Positions 38,812 through 47,991 of a stretch of 64,000 nucleotides of DNA are shown here, piece by piece. Origin of the DNA: an uncultured virus (IMG/VR IMGVR_UViG_3300025849_000012) (Duplodnaviria; Heunggongvirae; Uroviricota; Caudoviricetes); the IMG/VR virus record IMGVR_UViG_3300025849_000012. The stretch is one strand, 5' to 3'. The notes below the pieces were generated by a model. It had not been told where the DNA came from and ran no database searches. It was given only the letters and a program-made list of their open reading frames with translations. Numbering within the stretch: the stretch's first letter is position 1; the number at the start of each line of letters is the position of its first letter. Both the position numbers and the translations under genes were made by a program.

Positions 38812-39657
38812 GTTATATTGATCTAAACACATATCGTCGAGCGTTTTAGTAAGCTCACACAATTCTGATAAATTATCAACAATACATGAAGTAGCATCAC
38901 CTGCTCTTCTATCGGTTAAAACCCTTTTAAGTTTTTTACCAGTAACTCTTTCCATTGAATCAATTACATCTAATACTGAATACCCTTGTGCAGAACCAAG
39001 GCATTCATATGGTGTATTTGTTGGACCTGTTTCAATAGCCTTTATTATAGAATTGCAAAGGTCACTGATATGTATATAATCGCGAATACAAGTACCATCG
39101 CGAGTAGCATAGTCTGTACCAAAGATTTTAATGTCGGCGAAGATCCCAGCAGCCACCATAGCAGCCACACGAATAAGGTGGCTAGGAACACCGAGCTGCC
39201 GATGTATCCCATCAGTACCAGAGACATTAAAAAAACGAAAAATAGTGTGCCCATTGGCTTTCTCCTTAATTATATCCTCAGCTGCCACTTTACTACGCGC
39301 ATAAGGCGAAGCCATTTCAAATGCTGAGCTGGTACTGGCAAATATAAAATTTGGTGTTTTAACTTTACTGAGCAAATGGTCAGTACCCATAGCATTTACT
39401 CTGTAATATTCAGATGGTTCTTTAAGGCTTTGTGGTACTACACTTCTACCAGCTAAATGCACAACAGCATCAAACTCTTGTTCATTATACATTATATTAG
39501 TAATGTCTACCTTTTCAAACAAATCAATAAAAGATATATCATTATGTTCTCCATGGAAATTAATATCCCACCCTTCAACATAGTGACCTTTTTGTTTCAG
39601 AAGTTTACATACATGTGAGCCAATATAACCTGTTGCGCCTGTAACCAAAACTTTCAT
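38779..39657 (-). CDS. galE: UDP-glucose 4-epimerase-like NAD-dependent epimerase
   Basis: TGATGYIGSH, YARSK, RFFNV, DGTCIRDYIH. Confidence 0.85.
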   Translation of the reverse strand: MKVLVTGATGYIGSHVCKLLKQKGHYVEGWDINFHGEHNDISFIDLFEKVDITNIMYNEQEFDAVVHLAGRSVVPQSLKEPSEYYRVNAMGTDHLLSKVKTPNFIFASTSSAFEMASPYARSKVAAEDIIKEKANGHTIFRFFNVSGTDGIHRQLGVPSHLIRVAAMVAAGIFADIKIFGTDYATRDGTCIRDYIHISDLCNSIIKAIETGPTNTPYECLGSAQGYSVLDVIDSMERVTGKKLKRVLTDRRAGDATSCIVDNLSELCELTKTLDDMCLDQYNLDSKALATTA

Positions 39658-39672
39658 TATAAATAACCTTGT

Positions 39673-40218
39673 ATGAAAAATGTATTTATTATAACTTTGA
39701 CTATGTTACTGTCAGCATGTGTAGGTGGAAATTTACCTGTACCACATGTTCATTTACCTACTAAACATACATTAACTCATAAAGCTTTTGCTTATTATGG
39801 TTTAAAAGAAATACAAGATCGTAATATCATTAGTCAATTAATGGACGTAGATCCTGTAACGACTGAATGGTGTGCTGCATTTGTTAATATGGTTTTAAAA
39901 CAAAATGGTTACCCTACCTCTAATGAAGTAAGTAATTACCCATTGATGGCTCGTTCGTTTTTAGAATGGGGAAATCCAGTTAATAAACCTAAGCAAGGTG
40001 ATGTAGTCATCTTTACTCGTGGGAATAGTAACTGGCAAGGGCATGTCGGATTCTATGTAAGTACCAAGGTTGTGAATGGCAAGAAACATTATTCCGTGCT
40101 CGGAGGGAATCAAAATGATGCCGTTTCTATTAAACAATATCCAGTATCTGATTTACTTGGCATAAGACGTTCTCCTAAATTGGTACCCGCGGCCGGACTC
40201 GAACCGGCAAAACTTTGA
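39673..40218 (+). CDS. TIGR02594/CHAP-like peptidoglycan hydrolase with lipoprotein signal
   Basis: LLSAC lipobox, WCAAFV, ARSF, GHVGF, LGGNQ; late promoter 39658-39665. Confidence 0.8.
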   Translation: MKNVFIITLTMLLSACVGGNLPVPHVHLPTKHTLTHKAFAYYGLKEIQDRNIISQLMDVDPVTTEWCAAFVNMVLKQNGYPTSNEVSNYPLMARSFLEWGNPVNKPKQGDVVIFTRGNSNWQGHVGFYVSTKVVNGKKHYSVLGGNQNDAVSIKQYPVSDLLGIRRSPKLVPAAGLEPAKL

Positions 40219-40257
40219 TTTTAAGTCAAATATGTATACCAATTCCATCACGCGGGC
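40181..40257 (-). tRNA. tRNA-Leu(UAA), short variable loop
   Basis: Anticodon loop CTTAAAA, TTCGAGT T loop, CCA. Confidence 0.85.
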
Positions 40258-40264
40258 TAACAGT

Positions 40265-40447
40265 CTATGTCGACTGAAGGTTTATACAAACTGCTTGTTG
40301 ACCAGCTTTAAAATATCCATCGCCTTTACCAACATCTGATGCTAATACATCTCTACCATTAAAGCATTCAGACATTGAAGTATATACGTCATATGTTTCT
40401 ACGTATGGTGTTGAGTCATAAAAATATATAAAGACTAATACCCACAT
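40265..40447 (-). CDS. Small hypothetical protein
   Basis: AGGA RBS; hydrophobic N-terminus; two Cys. Confidence 0.55.
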   Translation of the reverse strand: MWVLVFIYFYDSTPYVETYDVYTSMSECFNGRDVLASDVGKGDGYFKAGQQAVCINLQST

Positions 40448-40463
40448 TTTGTTTCCTATTATT

Positions 40464-40538
40464 TGGCTGGAACGATAGGACTCGAACCTATACTCTGCGC
40501 TACCAAAAAGCGATGCATTACCATTATGCTACGTTCCA
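40464..40538 (-). tRNA. tRNA-Gln(UUG)
   Basis: Anticodon loop TTTTGGT, U1-A72, GCCA end. Confidence 0.88.
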
Positions 40539-40547
40539 TTATTTATT

Positions 40548-40624
40548 TGGTATTCCCCGAGGGACTCGAACCCCCAACCTAAGCGTTATGAGCGCTGAGC
40601 TCTAACCAATTGAGCTAGAGGAAT
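40548..40624 (-). tRNA. tRNA with CAU anticodon (Met or Ile2)
   Basis: Anticodon loop CTCATAA, CCA. Confidence 0.88.
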
Positions 40625-40630
40625 GATGTT

Positions 40631-40708
40631 TGGTGATTCCTGTAGGACTCGAACCTACGACCTAGTGCTTAGAAGGCACTTGCTCTAATCCGGCTGAGCT
40701 AAGGAACC
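40631..40708 (-). tRNA. tRNA-Arg(UCU)
   Basis: Anticodon loop CTTCTAA, CCA. Confidence 0.92.
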
Positions 40709-40972
40709 TATGCTGCTTTTACTTCGGCTTTTAAAACTTCAGCAACCTCATTGGCTGCCTCTAATGTTTCAAACTTTAAATCAACTACTTGTGATTCTCT
40801 GAAGTTATCGTTTTTTGGTCCAATCATAATTATATGTTGAACTATGTTTTGATTACGAAGTAATATGTATGGCATTATGAGCTTTCTATCCTAGATTGAG
40901 TTATTAGATATGGTATTAAACTTATATTTATCCAAAAAACCCAAAACATTATATTATATGCTATTAAATCAA

Positions 40973-41485
40973 TCAACGTTTAAACCGTAATTCATATGTT
41001 AAGTTATCCAATTCAAAAAACATAATTGAATGACTATACACTTCTCGTGTAACTGTTACATATGTAGTTTTGTCTCCGCATTGACGTTCATTCTCATAGC
41101 CAACGATTTGTTTTTCGGTTCTAGACTGATTTTTATCGGCACCGATAACTCCTCCTAGGACCGCACCAGCCGCTGCACCACCATCATCTCCGGTTACCCC
41201 TTTACCAAGGATACCTCCGAGAATCATACCAAGTAAGGCGCCACCACCTGCGTCACCCTGTACTTGTACAGAGGAGTAGATAGGTACTTTAACGTTTTCA
41301 CAGACCTGCATTGTCTTTGGTATTTCAGTTACTATGGTCTTATCGTAGTCAACTACACGAACATCGCGTGGTTGTGCCATAGAACTGGTGGGTACGGCCA
41401 GTGCGGCCAGGACAAGCAGTGGGGCGGTTGCCATATGTACCACACTGCTATTCTTAAAATTATTAAACATAAGGTTGTTCTCCAT
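40973..41485 (-). CDS. Glycine-zipper 2TM exported protein
   Basis: Signal peptide, GxxxG repeats, C...IVGY..C. Confidence 0.75.
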   Translation of the reverse strand: MENNLMFNNFKNSSVVHMATAPLLVLAALAVPTSSMAQPRDVRVVDYDKTIVTEIPKTMQVCENVKVPIYSSVQVQGDAGGGALLGMILGGILGKGVTGDDGGAAAGAVLGGVIGADKNQSRTEKQIVGYENERQCGDKTTYVTVTREVYSHSIMFFELDNLTYELRFKR

Positions 41486-41708
41486 ATGTAGTTTCTAAAT
41501 CCATGATTGGATCTGATCCTTCAGCTTGTAATGTTAGCTCAAGCTCATTGCCATCTAGACCATGTGGTTGGCTCTCCCAGTATTTATCTGTTAAATCACT
41601 TAGAGACATAGAAAAACTATCCTCAATGTTATCAATACCCCAGTCTCTAATCTGAGATATTAGGATGTCTTCAAAAGACGGTTCGTACATTTTATCCATG
41701 TTAATCAT
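41463..41708 (-). CDS. Hypothetical protein
   Basis: ORF in an early operon. Confidence 0.5.
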   Translation of the reverse strand: MINMDKMYEPSFEDILISQIRDWGIDNIEDSFSMSLSDLTDKYWESQPHGLDGNELELTLQAEGSDPIMDLETTYGEQPYV

Positions 41709-41938
41709 TTCATTACTTTCTTTGCATATTTTACAACTTGTAAATCAACAGGTAATAAATCTTTCATAGAACCTGTTTCAGCCATTTCTTCACCAACACG
41801 TGAGAAGGCATTTAGAATTTCTAGTGGTACATCCATGTTCAATCCACTTTCAGAAAAGTTTATCATTTTACGACCAAATGCAGCAATAATTTGTTGCTGA
41901 TTAGTTTGTTCGAAGAATGTTAGATTAATTGAAGCCAT
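41705..41938 (-). CDS. Early hypothetical protein
   Basis: Follows promoter 41970-41998. Confidence 0.6.
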   Translation of the reverse strand: MASINLTFFEQTNQQQIIAAFGRKMINFSESGLNMDVPLEILNAFSRVGEEMAETGSMKDLLPVDLQVVKYAKKVMK

Positions 41939-41969
41939 AGTGATTCTCTTTCGTTTTGTTTATATTACT

Positions 41970-41998
41970 AATATAACTGATTCTATACCAAATGTCAA
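41970..41998 (-). promoter_or_regulatory. Early promoter cassette
   Basis: TTGACA-17-TATATT, GAATC at 41979-41983. Confidence 0.85.
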
Positions 41999-42186
41999 TA
42001 GTTAATTTACACAATACCGAAAAAAGTTGCGACGCCACAACCTACAATAACACCAACTAATGCCCAAGCTGTTATTGCTAGATCAGCTTCTGTTTTGGTT
42101 GTATCTGTAAATTGGTATCCAAGTACTATTCCGATAACTGCGAAAAAAACTATTATTGCAAAAAACATGTGTAATTCCTTTATTTG

Positions 42187-42233
42187 TTGATTCTAATATA
42201 ACCGATTCGACATCAAATGTCAATAGCTAATTT
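42187..42233 (-). repeat. 47 bp promoter repeat, copy 1
   Basis: Identical to 42582-42628; TTGACA-17-TATATT with two GANTC sites. Confidence 0.9.
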
Positions 42234-42235
42234 AA

Positions 42236-42568
42236 TTAAATTGCCATGCCATTTACTGTTTGCCATTCTTTCCAAGATTTACTCATTAAATAACCAAGAA
42301 CGTTTTCGACAAAATCGTTACCACAATCAAACCAAAATGCTTCAATTAATTCCTCACGAGGTGAAGTATCCATATCTCTAACATGTTTTACGAGTGCTTC
42401 AGTATCGTTTTGACGGAAATAAGAAAGAGCTTGCATAAAGTCATTTGCATCTTCGTCATACATTTCAGAAAGCTCATCGTTATTTTTAGCATATGAGTGG
42501 TACAAAGCGATTAATTCGTTTGTTTTTGTAAGAGCAGTTTTAGTATTAAATTGCATAGTCATTAGCAT
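42236..42568 (-). CDS. Early hypothetical protein
   Basis: Flanked by identical promoter repeats; MDTSPRE motif. Confidence 0.7.
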   Translation of the reverse strand: MLMTMQFNTKTALTKTNELIALYHSYAKNNDELSEMYDEDANDFMQALSYFRQNDTEALVKHVRDMDTSPREELIEAFWFDCGNDFVENVLGYLMSKSWKEWQTVNGMAI

Positions 42569-42581
42569 ATTTCCTTATTGA

Positions 42582-42628
42582 TTGATTCTAATATAACCGA
42601 TTCGACATCAAATGTCAATAGCTAATTT
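42582..42628 (-). repeat. 47 bp promoter repeat, copy 2
   Basis: Identical to 42187-42233. Confidence 0.9.
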
Positions 42629-42631
42629 GAT

Positions 42632-43015
42632 CTAAAGTGAAATTAAATTACTAAATCTTGTTACCAATGGAATAGCATTTGAAAAAGCTTCTTCCTCCCA
42701 CCAACGATCCGCATATGGCATATCAACGTTTTCGTCTAGTAAACTCCCAAGGTTTTGAGTCATATATTGTTTAACATGAATCATTTCGTGAGCAATCGTA
42801 GTAAACATATGACCAAGGTCTCTATTGTCTTTTACCAATATTGTAAACTTGCCATCAGGTTCGTCAAAACACATTCCATTGTTTCCAACTAAATCATGCG
42901 CTTCAATAGAAACTTTTCTTGGTAGTATTCCATACTCTTTGCATATCCATTTAACAAACTTTTCTGCAAGATCGTTTAAGGCAGAGTCTTCAGAAATATA
43001 AACATCAATAATCAT
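42632..43015 (-). CDS. HExxH zinc metallopeptidase-like protein
   Basis: TIAHEMIHVKQY, WWEEEA. Confidence 0.75.
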   Translation of the reverse strand: MIIDVYISEDSALNDLAEKFVKWICKEYGILPRKVSIEAHDLVGNNGMCFDEPDGKFTILVKDNRDLGHMFTTIAHEMIHVKQYMTQNLGSLLDENVDMPYADRWWEEEAFSNAIPLVTRFSNLISL

Positions 43016-43431
43016 CTAAGTCTTTTCTTTAATATTTCATTTGAAAAAATTGACCACATGGCAGCTTCTGTTTCATATGCTTCACGTTCCCACGGTAGAT
43101 CCCAATAATTATCGCCTTTAACTGGTTTACCAAACCAACGTGATGGTTTCTTTCCTACACCAGAAATGAGTTCGCCTTTAATGTATTGTTTGGCATGTAC
43201 CATTTCGTGGAATAGAGTTTTACATATTTCAGTTCTACTTAATGTTGGATTAATACCTATGGTAATACCTTCCTCATTGTAATTACAGTAACCACACTCT
43301 TCGTCAAAGTCGTCCTCAAAATCAATTTCAATTGTTTCATCAATTTCTAAAAAGTCGGCTGCAAATACTACCATCTTATCCATTAAAGGATTTGATACTT
43401 TTTTTGGTTTACCGTAGGTTGAGTAATACAT
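43012..43431 (-). CDS. HExxH zinc metallopeptidase-like protein (paralog of neighbour)
   Basis: TLFHEMVHAKQY, PWEREA. Confidence 0.75.
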   Translation of the reverse strand: MYYSTYGKPKKVSNPLMDKMVVFAADFLEIDETIEIDFEDDFDEECGYCNYNEEGITIGINPTLSRTEICKTLFHEMVHAKQYIKGELISGVGKKPSRWFGKPVKGDNYWDLPWEREAYETEAAMWSIFSNEILKKRLR

Positions 43432-43622
43432 TAGTTCTTTTCAATCAGTATGTCAAGTTTTGACTCAATAGAATCTAATCTGTCTAAGACAAGGTCAAAT
43501 GATTCTTCTAATGTTAACTCAGGTTTAACTAGGCTTTGTGTTAAACCAGTTACAAAGTCCATATCCATTTCCATGGGTTCTTCGGCAAGTGGTTTTTTAA
43601 ACATATTAAACATATTACTCAA
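43431..43622 (-). CDS. Small hypothetical protein
   Basis: Coupled ORF with coiled-coil C-terminus. Confidence 0.5.
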   Translation of the reverse strand: MSNMFNMFKKPLAEEPMEMDMDFVTGLTQSLVKPELTLEESFDLVLDRLDSIESKLDILIEKN

Positions 43623-44964
43623 TTCCTTCTAAATCTAAAATAAACTGTTTCTTTGGCGTTGTAGCAGTCCAATAACGTACATCCTTTTCTGCTTTAACAA
43701 TATCTTTTGATAGCTCTTTAACCATTTCATTGGTCAAGCTCATAATGTTAATACGTAATAAACGGTCAACATCATCACTGGTAGCAGACGTATTTTCAAG
43801 GATTTGATTACCTACATCTTTCTTTTTACGGTCTTTAAATATAATCTTATCATTAAGTATAGATTGAATAAATTCCATTTTGATTTTTAACCAACGAATT
43901 TGTTCAGCGGCTTCAGCCAATCGTAATTCAATACGTTTTTGCAATACACCGATACGGAATTCGCAGAAGTCTTTAATCAAATCTCGTTCATCGTCATACT
44001 CACGTAGTTTACCATGTTGGTCAATTACTGTAAGGTTTTCAGATAATGGTTTAGTCAATTTAAATTTACGAATGATACGTTCATCAGTCCAAGCATTTGC
44101 TGAAGCTAATTTTAATTTAATTTCAAATCTAAATCCTTGCTTATCGCATTTATCCTCATAAGAAACAATATCGTTATCATCTTCTAGTTTATTAAGTACT
44201 TTAACGTAAGACTCTCGGTCATACCCGTATGGTACTTCAGTGATTGTTAATACGGTCTTGCTATTACGTTCAAAGGTTCCATTGACAATAAACCGTTTGT
44301 TTTCAATATCGTAGGTGACAGAACCGCTAAATTCAGGAAAGGTCACAGGAAGCTTCTTGGTTATAGTACCACTCAACAAATACTCACGAACAGAGCCAGA
44401 GAGGTCATTAGGGCACCGTGGAAGTATGTTAGTAGCGAAACCAGTGGCAATACCCTTGGTTCCGTTAGCTAAAACCAAAGGAATCACTGGTAAATAATAT
44501 GATGGAGGCTCATGTTCAGGATCATCGTGTACTGGTGATAGATCCATGTCTTTAATATATTTTTCAAAGTTATTATGAACTCTTGTATATACGTAACGAG
44601 CTGCGCCTGGTTCTTGTACTAAACGAGTACCAAATGATCCACGACCTTCAACTAAACAAACATTGTTATTCCATGTTGCTGCCATAAGTTGACCAGCACC
44701 AGCAGCCGATGCTTCACCATGATTATATCCATAGTCTGAAATAATACCAGCAACTGCTGATACTTTTTTGAAGTCACGCTTTGAATTTAGCAATGATGAG
44801 TAAAGATAAAATCGTTGAACTGGTTTTAAACCATCAATCATGTTTGGAATAGCACGAGACTCAACTGTATACATGGCAAATGATAGCCATTCGTTTTTTG
44901 CTACGTGACTAATCGGATAATCATTAGTTCCAACGTCATCTTTTGTAAATTCTAATATACTCAT
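43615..44964 (-). CDS. 52: Type II DNA topoisomerase medium subunit gp52
   Basis: RAIP..DGLKPVQR, YNHGE, AARY catalytic Tyr, GIATGF. Confidence 0.95.
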   Translation of the reverse strand: MSILEFTKDDVGTNDYPISHVAKNEWLSFAMYTVESRAIPNMIDGLKPVQRFYLYSSLLNSKRDFKKVSAVAGIISDYGYNHGEASAAGAGQLMAATWNNNVCLVEGRGSFGTRLVQEPGAARYVYTRVHNNFEKYIKDMDLSPVHDDPEHEPPSYYLPVIPLVLANGTKGIATGFATNILPRCPNDLSGSVREYLLSGTITKKLPVTFPEFSGSVTYDIENKRFIVNGTFERNSKTVLTITEVPYGYDRESYVKVLNKLEDDNDIVSYEDKCDKQGFRFEIKLKLASANAWTDERIIRKFKLTKPLSENLTVIDQHGKLREYDDERDLIKDFCEFRIGVLQKRIELRLAEAAEQIRWLKIKMEFIQSILNDKIIFKDRKKKDVGNQILENTSATSDDVDRLLRINIMSLTNEMVKELSKDIVKAEKDVRYWTATTPKKQFILDLEGIE

Positions 44965-45028
44965 AAAGTATCGTCCTTTTTGATTCTATACTATTATATA
45001 ATACTTTTAACTAAATGTCAATAGCCAA

Positions 45029-46852
45029 TTATCCAAACATATATTCTTTACGTAAACTTGAATCTTTTCCAAACATCATTTGGAATATAGAGGCGTCGTC
45101 AACAGTAACCGTATCGTATTGTGGCTTATTAATAATAACATCATACTCGTCTTCTGTAAGTGAACCAAGACCTTTGATATAACGATGTTTCCAACCTGCT
45201 TGATTATCAGTCTTAAATTTTGAGGCGGCTTTATAATCATAAAACCATTCGACCTTATCGCCTTTAGATGAAATCATAATTGGTGTACGAGTAATCTTTA
45301 CATGTTTTTCAGTTAACAATCGTGGCCAAAACTTATAGAAGAAAGCAATAAGTAATGGACTAATGTGGCCAATGCCATCATGGTCAGCATCGGTTAGTGT
45401 AGCAATATTTTGATAAGTCATATCATCAATACTATTTGGATCGTTGATATTCAATCCAAGAACATTAACTAATTCTGATAACTCTTTATTCTTAAGTACA
45501 TCAGCAGGTTTCATATCCCATGTATTCATAATCACACCTCGTAAAGGATACGCACCAACCTTATTGGCATCTCTTACTTTCAATAAGAAACCCATCGCTG
45601 AGTCACCTTCAACGATTTTCAATGTGGCATCGTTTCGATTTGCTGAGATATGTTTAGCAACCTTAACTCGTTGAAGTTTTTTCTGAGCCATCGTGGCTGC
45701 TCGTTTGTCAGCTGCTATCTTTTTAGCCAATTGAGCCTCAATGATTGGATCAATAATTTCTGGGTTATTAATAATCTTACGAGCATAAAATTGAAAGTCT
45801 TTACAATCCGCGGCTTGAAAATGCTCACGAACATTAGTCATTGGATTAGTCAAACGTTCTTTAGTTTGTGAGTCAAACTTTGGATTGACGAAATTACGAG
45901 CAAACAATACAAAGGTTAATCCACCTTTAATAGTATTCTTAGCAACTTCAACTTTATATTTACGTTTGACCATTGTTACCAATTCGTCAACAATACCATT
46001 CACAACGTAATCAACATATGTACCACCCATTCGAGTATTCACACCATTAACAAAAGAGTTAGTTCGGAAACCATCTTCTGATGTTGTAAAAAAGAATGAA
46101 ACGTTTTCAGTTTTTTCTATTACTACATTTGGATTAAACAATGCTGAGTACTTTTTCATATCAGATACTGAAATCTTTTTCTTATTAAAAGAGAATTTGA
46201 TTTCAGGAAAAGCCATTTGTAAACTCATCAAACGATCTTCGAGTAATTCAATAGTATCTAAATTAGCCAAGCAATCAGTTTCAAAACAATCAAAGTCTGC
46301 TACAAATGATACCTCAGTACCAGAGCCATTTTTGTCTCGTGTAGTAACCTTAACATCCTCGCCACCGTTTTTACAAGTAACCATAATCTGATTACCTTTT
46401 GACCACGTTTTACCAGTAAATTTTGATGAAAGGAAATTAGTTGCGGCTGAACCAACACCGTTAGTACCAATTGTTACACGTTCATCATCAAACGATGTAC
46501 CAGCATTTACTCGAGTCCAAGCAGCCACAGGTCGGAGGATTTGTTCTTTACTGGTTTCGTCATATATCTTATCTTGTGGAATACCACGACCATTATCAGA
46601 AACAGTTACCATATCCATATTAATAGATACATCAATTTTATTCGCATGTTTGAAATTAGTACGAATTGCCTCGTCAATCGAGTTATCAAGTATTTCGTCA
46701 ATCATCTTAGAAAGCGCAGGAACATACTTCGATGTTTTCCATTCGCCTTTCACAAAACGTTCAACTGATTCTTGAGAACTAGAACCGAGGTACATACCGA
46801 TTCTTTCTCTAACATGTTGACGCGCTGTTAAAATTCTAAAGTCGTTACTCAT
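45029..46852 (-). CDS. 39: Type II DNA topoisomerase large subunit (gp39+gp60 in one ORF)
   Basis: EILDNSIDE, DNGRGIP, GTNGVG, EGDSA, PLRG, TDADHDG, YIKGLG. Confidence 0.95.
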   Translation of the reverse strand: MSNDFRILTARQHVRERIGMYLGSSSQESVERFVKGEWKTSKYVPALSKMIDEILDNSIDEAIRTNFKHANKIDVSINMDMVTVSDNGRGIPQDKIYDETSKEQILRPVAAWTRVNAGTSFDDERVTIGTNGVGSAATNFLSSKFTGKTWSKGNQIMVTCKNGGEDVKVTTRDKNGSGTEVSFVADFDCFETDCLANLDTIELLEDRLMSLQMAFPEIKFSFNKKKISVSDMKKYSALFNPNVVIEKTENVSFFFTTSEDGFRTNSFVNGVNTRMGGTYVDYVVNGIVDELVTMVKRKYKVEVAKNTIKGGLTFVLFARNFVNPKFDSQTKERLTNPMTNVREHFQAADCKDFQFYARKIINNPEIIDPIIEAQLAKKIAADKRAATMAQKKLQRVKVAKHISANRNDATLKIVEGDSAMGFLLKVRDANKVGAYPLRGVIMNTWDMKPADVLKNKELSELVNVLGLNINDPNSIDDMTYQNIATLTDADHDGIGHISPLLIAFFYKFWPRLLTEKHVKITRTPIMISSKGDKVEWFYDYKAASKFKTDNQAGWKHRYIKGLGSLTEDEYDVIINKPQYDTVTVDDASIFQMMFGKDSSLRKEYMFG

Positions 46853-46969
46853 TTAAAGCTCCATTATATAGTCATTTATTGATGGGAATACTATTTATTT
46901 AGAATCAGTAAACCCTTCTTTAATAAATAATATCACAGTTTTTAACTAATGTAAATAGGAAAATGCATA

Positions 46970-47458
46970 ATGAACACAAATTTTTTGTCTCCTATCGGTT
47001 TTACAGTCAATGTAAAGCGATTACCAAACGTAGAATTCTATACTCAAAGGATGCAAGTTCCAGGCGTGAGCGCTGGTGCGGCAGAAACACCAAACCCTCT
47101 AAGTACTCTATATAATACACCTGATAAATTACTATACCAAGAATTGGATTTGAGTTTTATTGTTGACGAAAACATGGCAAATTATTTTGAATGTTTAGAT
47201 TGGATTGAGGCTATCACCTCGCCTGTAGAACTCGCTCAGTATGGTAGATTAGAGAAAACAAATGATGGTATTGTTTCTGATATTTCTATTACTATATTAA
47301 ATAGCAATAAAAACCCAAACATATCATTTACGTTTTTAAACTGCTTTCCAGTATCGTTAAGTCAGATTACTTTAGACGTAACACAACAGGATATCGTATA
47401 CCCAGAAGCGTCGATGGTATTCAGGTATGACAGATTTACCCATACAAAAATTAGTTGA
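46970..47458 (+). CDS. 3: Tail completion/tube terminator gp3-like protein
   Basis: NFLSPIGF, FIVDENM.NY, FPVSL; synteny with uvsY and uvsW. Confidence 0.75.
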   Translation: MNTNFLSPIGFTVNVKRLPNVEFYTQRMQVPGVSAGAAETPNPLSTLYNTPDKLLYQELDLSFIVDENMANYFECLDWIEAITSPVELAQYGRLEKTNDGIVSDISITILNSNKNPNISFTFLNCFPVSLSQITLDVTQQDIVYPEASMVFRYDRFTHTKIS

Positions 47459-47511
47459 CAATCCATTATAAATGTGATACAATGGTATTATATACACAAT
47501 GAGAGGTTAAC

Positions 47512-47949
47512 ATGAGTACTGACGATATTAGTGAAATTTGGGCTGGTGATTCTAAAATTGACGAAACTCAATTAGCGCAAGAAGCAAAAAAGATACCACA
47601 ACTTCATTCAAAATATTATAACATGTATTATAAAGAAGCGCTTAAGGTTAAGAAGCTTCGATACGATTATAAGATACTCGAATTAAATAAACGTGAATGG
47701 ATTGATGGATCTATGGCCGAAGAGGATTTGCGTGAGTTCGGATGGAAGCCTTATCAGAAAAAAGTTATACGCCAAGACATTAACCAATATATTCAAGCTG
47801 ATCCTGATATTATCAAACTGAGTTTAAAGATTGATTATCATAGTTGCCGAGCAAATTACCTTGAAGACATTGTTAAAACAATCCATAGTCGTAACTTCAT
47901 TATTAATAACATTATAGCAGTGATGAAATTCCAAGCTGGAGACTATTAG
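47512..47949 (+). CDS. uvsY: Recombination mediator UvsY
   Basis: D.KID, IPQLHSKY, IHSRNF.I.N.I...KFQAG. Confidence 0.9.
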   Translation: MSTDDISEIWAGDSKIDETQLAQEAKKIPQLHSKYYNMYYKEALKVKKLRYDYKILELNKREWIDGSMAEEDLREFGWKPYQKKVIRQDINQYIQADPDIIKLSLKIDYHSCRANYLEDIVKTIHSRNFIINNIIAVMKFQAGDY

Positions 47950-47991
47950 GGTTCATTATAAATAGTACATATAATGAGAAGGTGATATATT

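Noticed and set aside
31550..42630. Repeats as a CRISPR array or IS ends
   Set aside because: The repeats are promoters separated by whole genes; no regular spacers, cas genes or transposase
45029..46852. T4 gene 60-type translational bypass or intron in topoisomerase
   Set aside because: The ORF is continuous with all motifs in one frame
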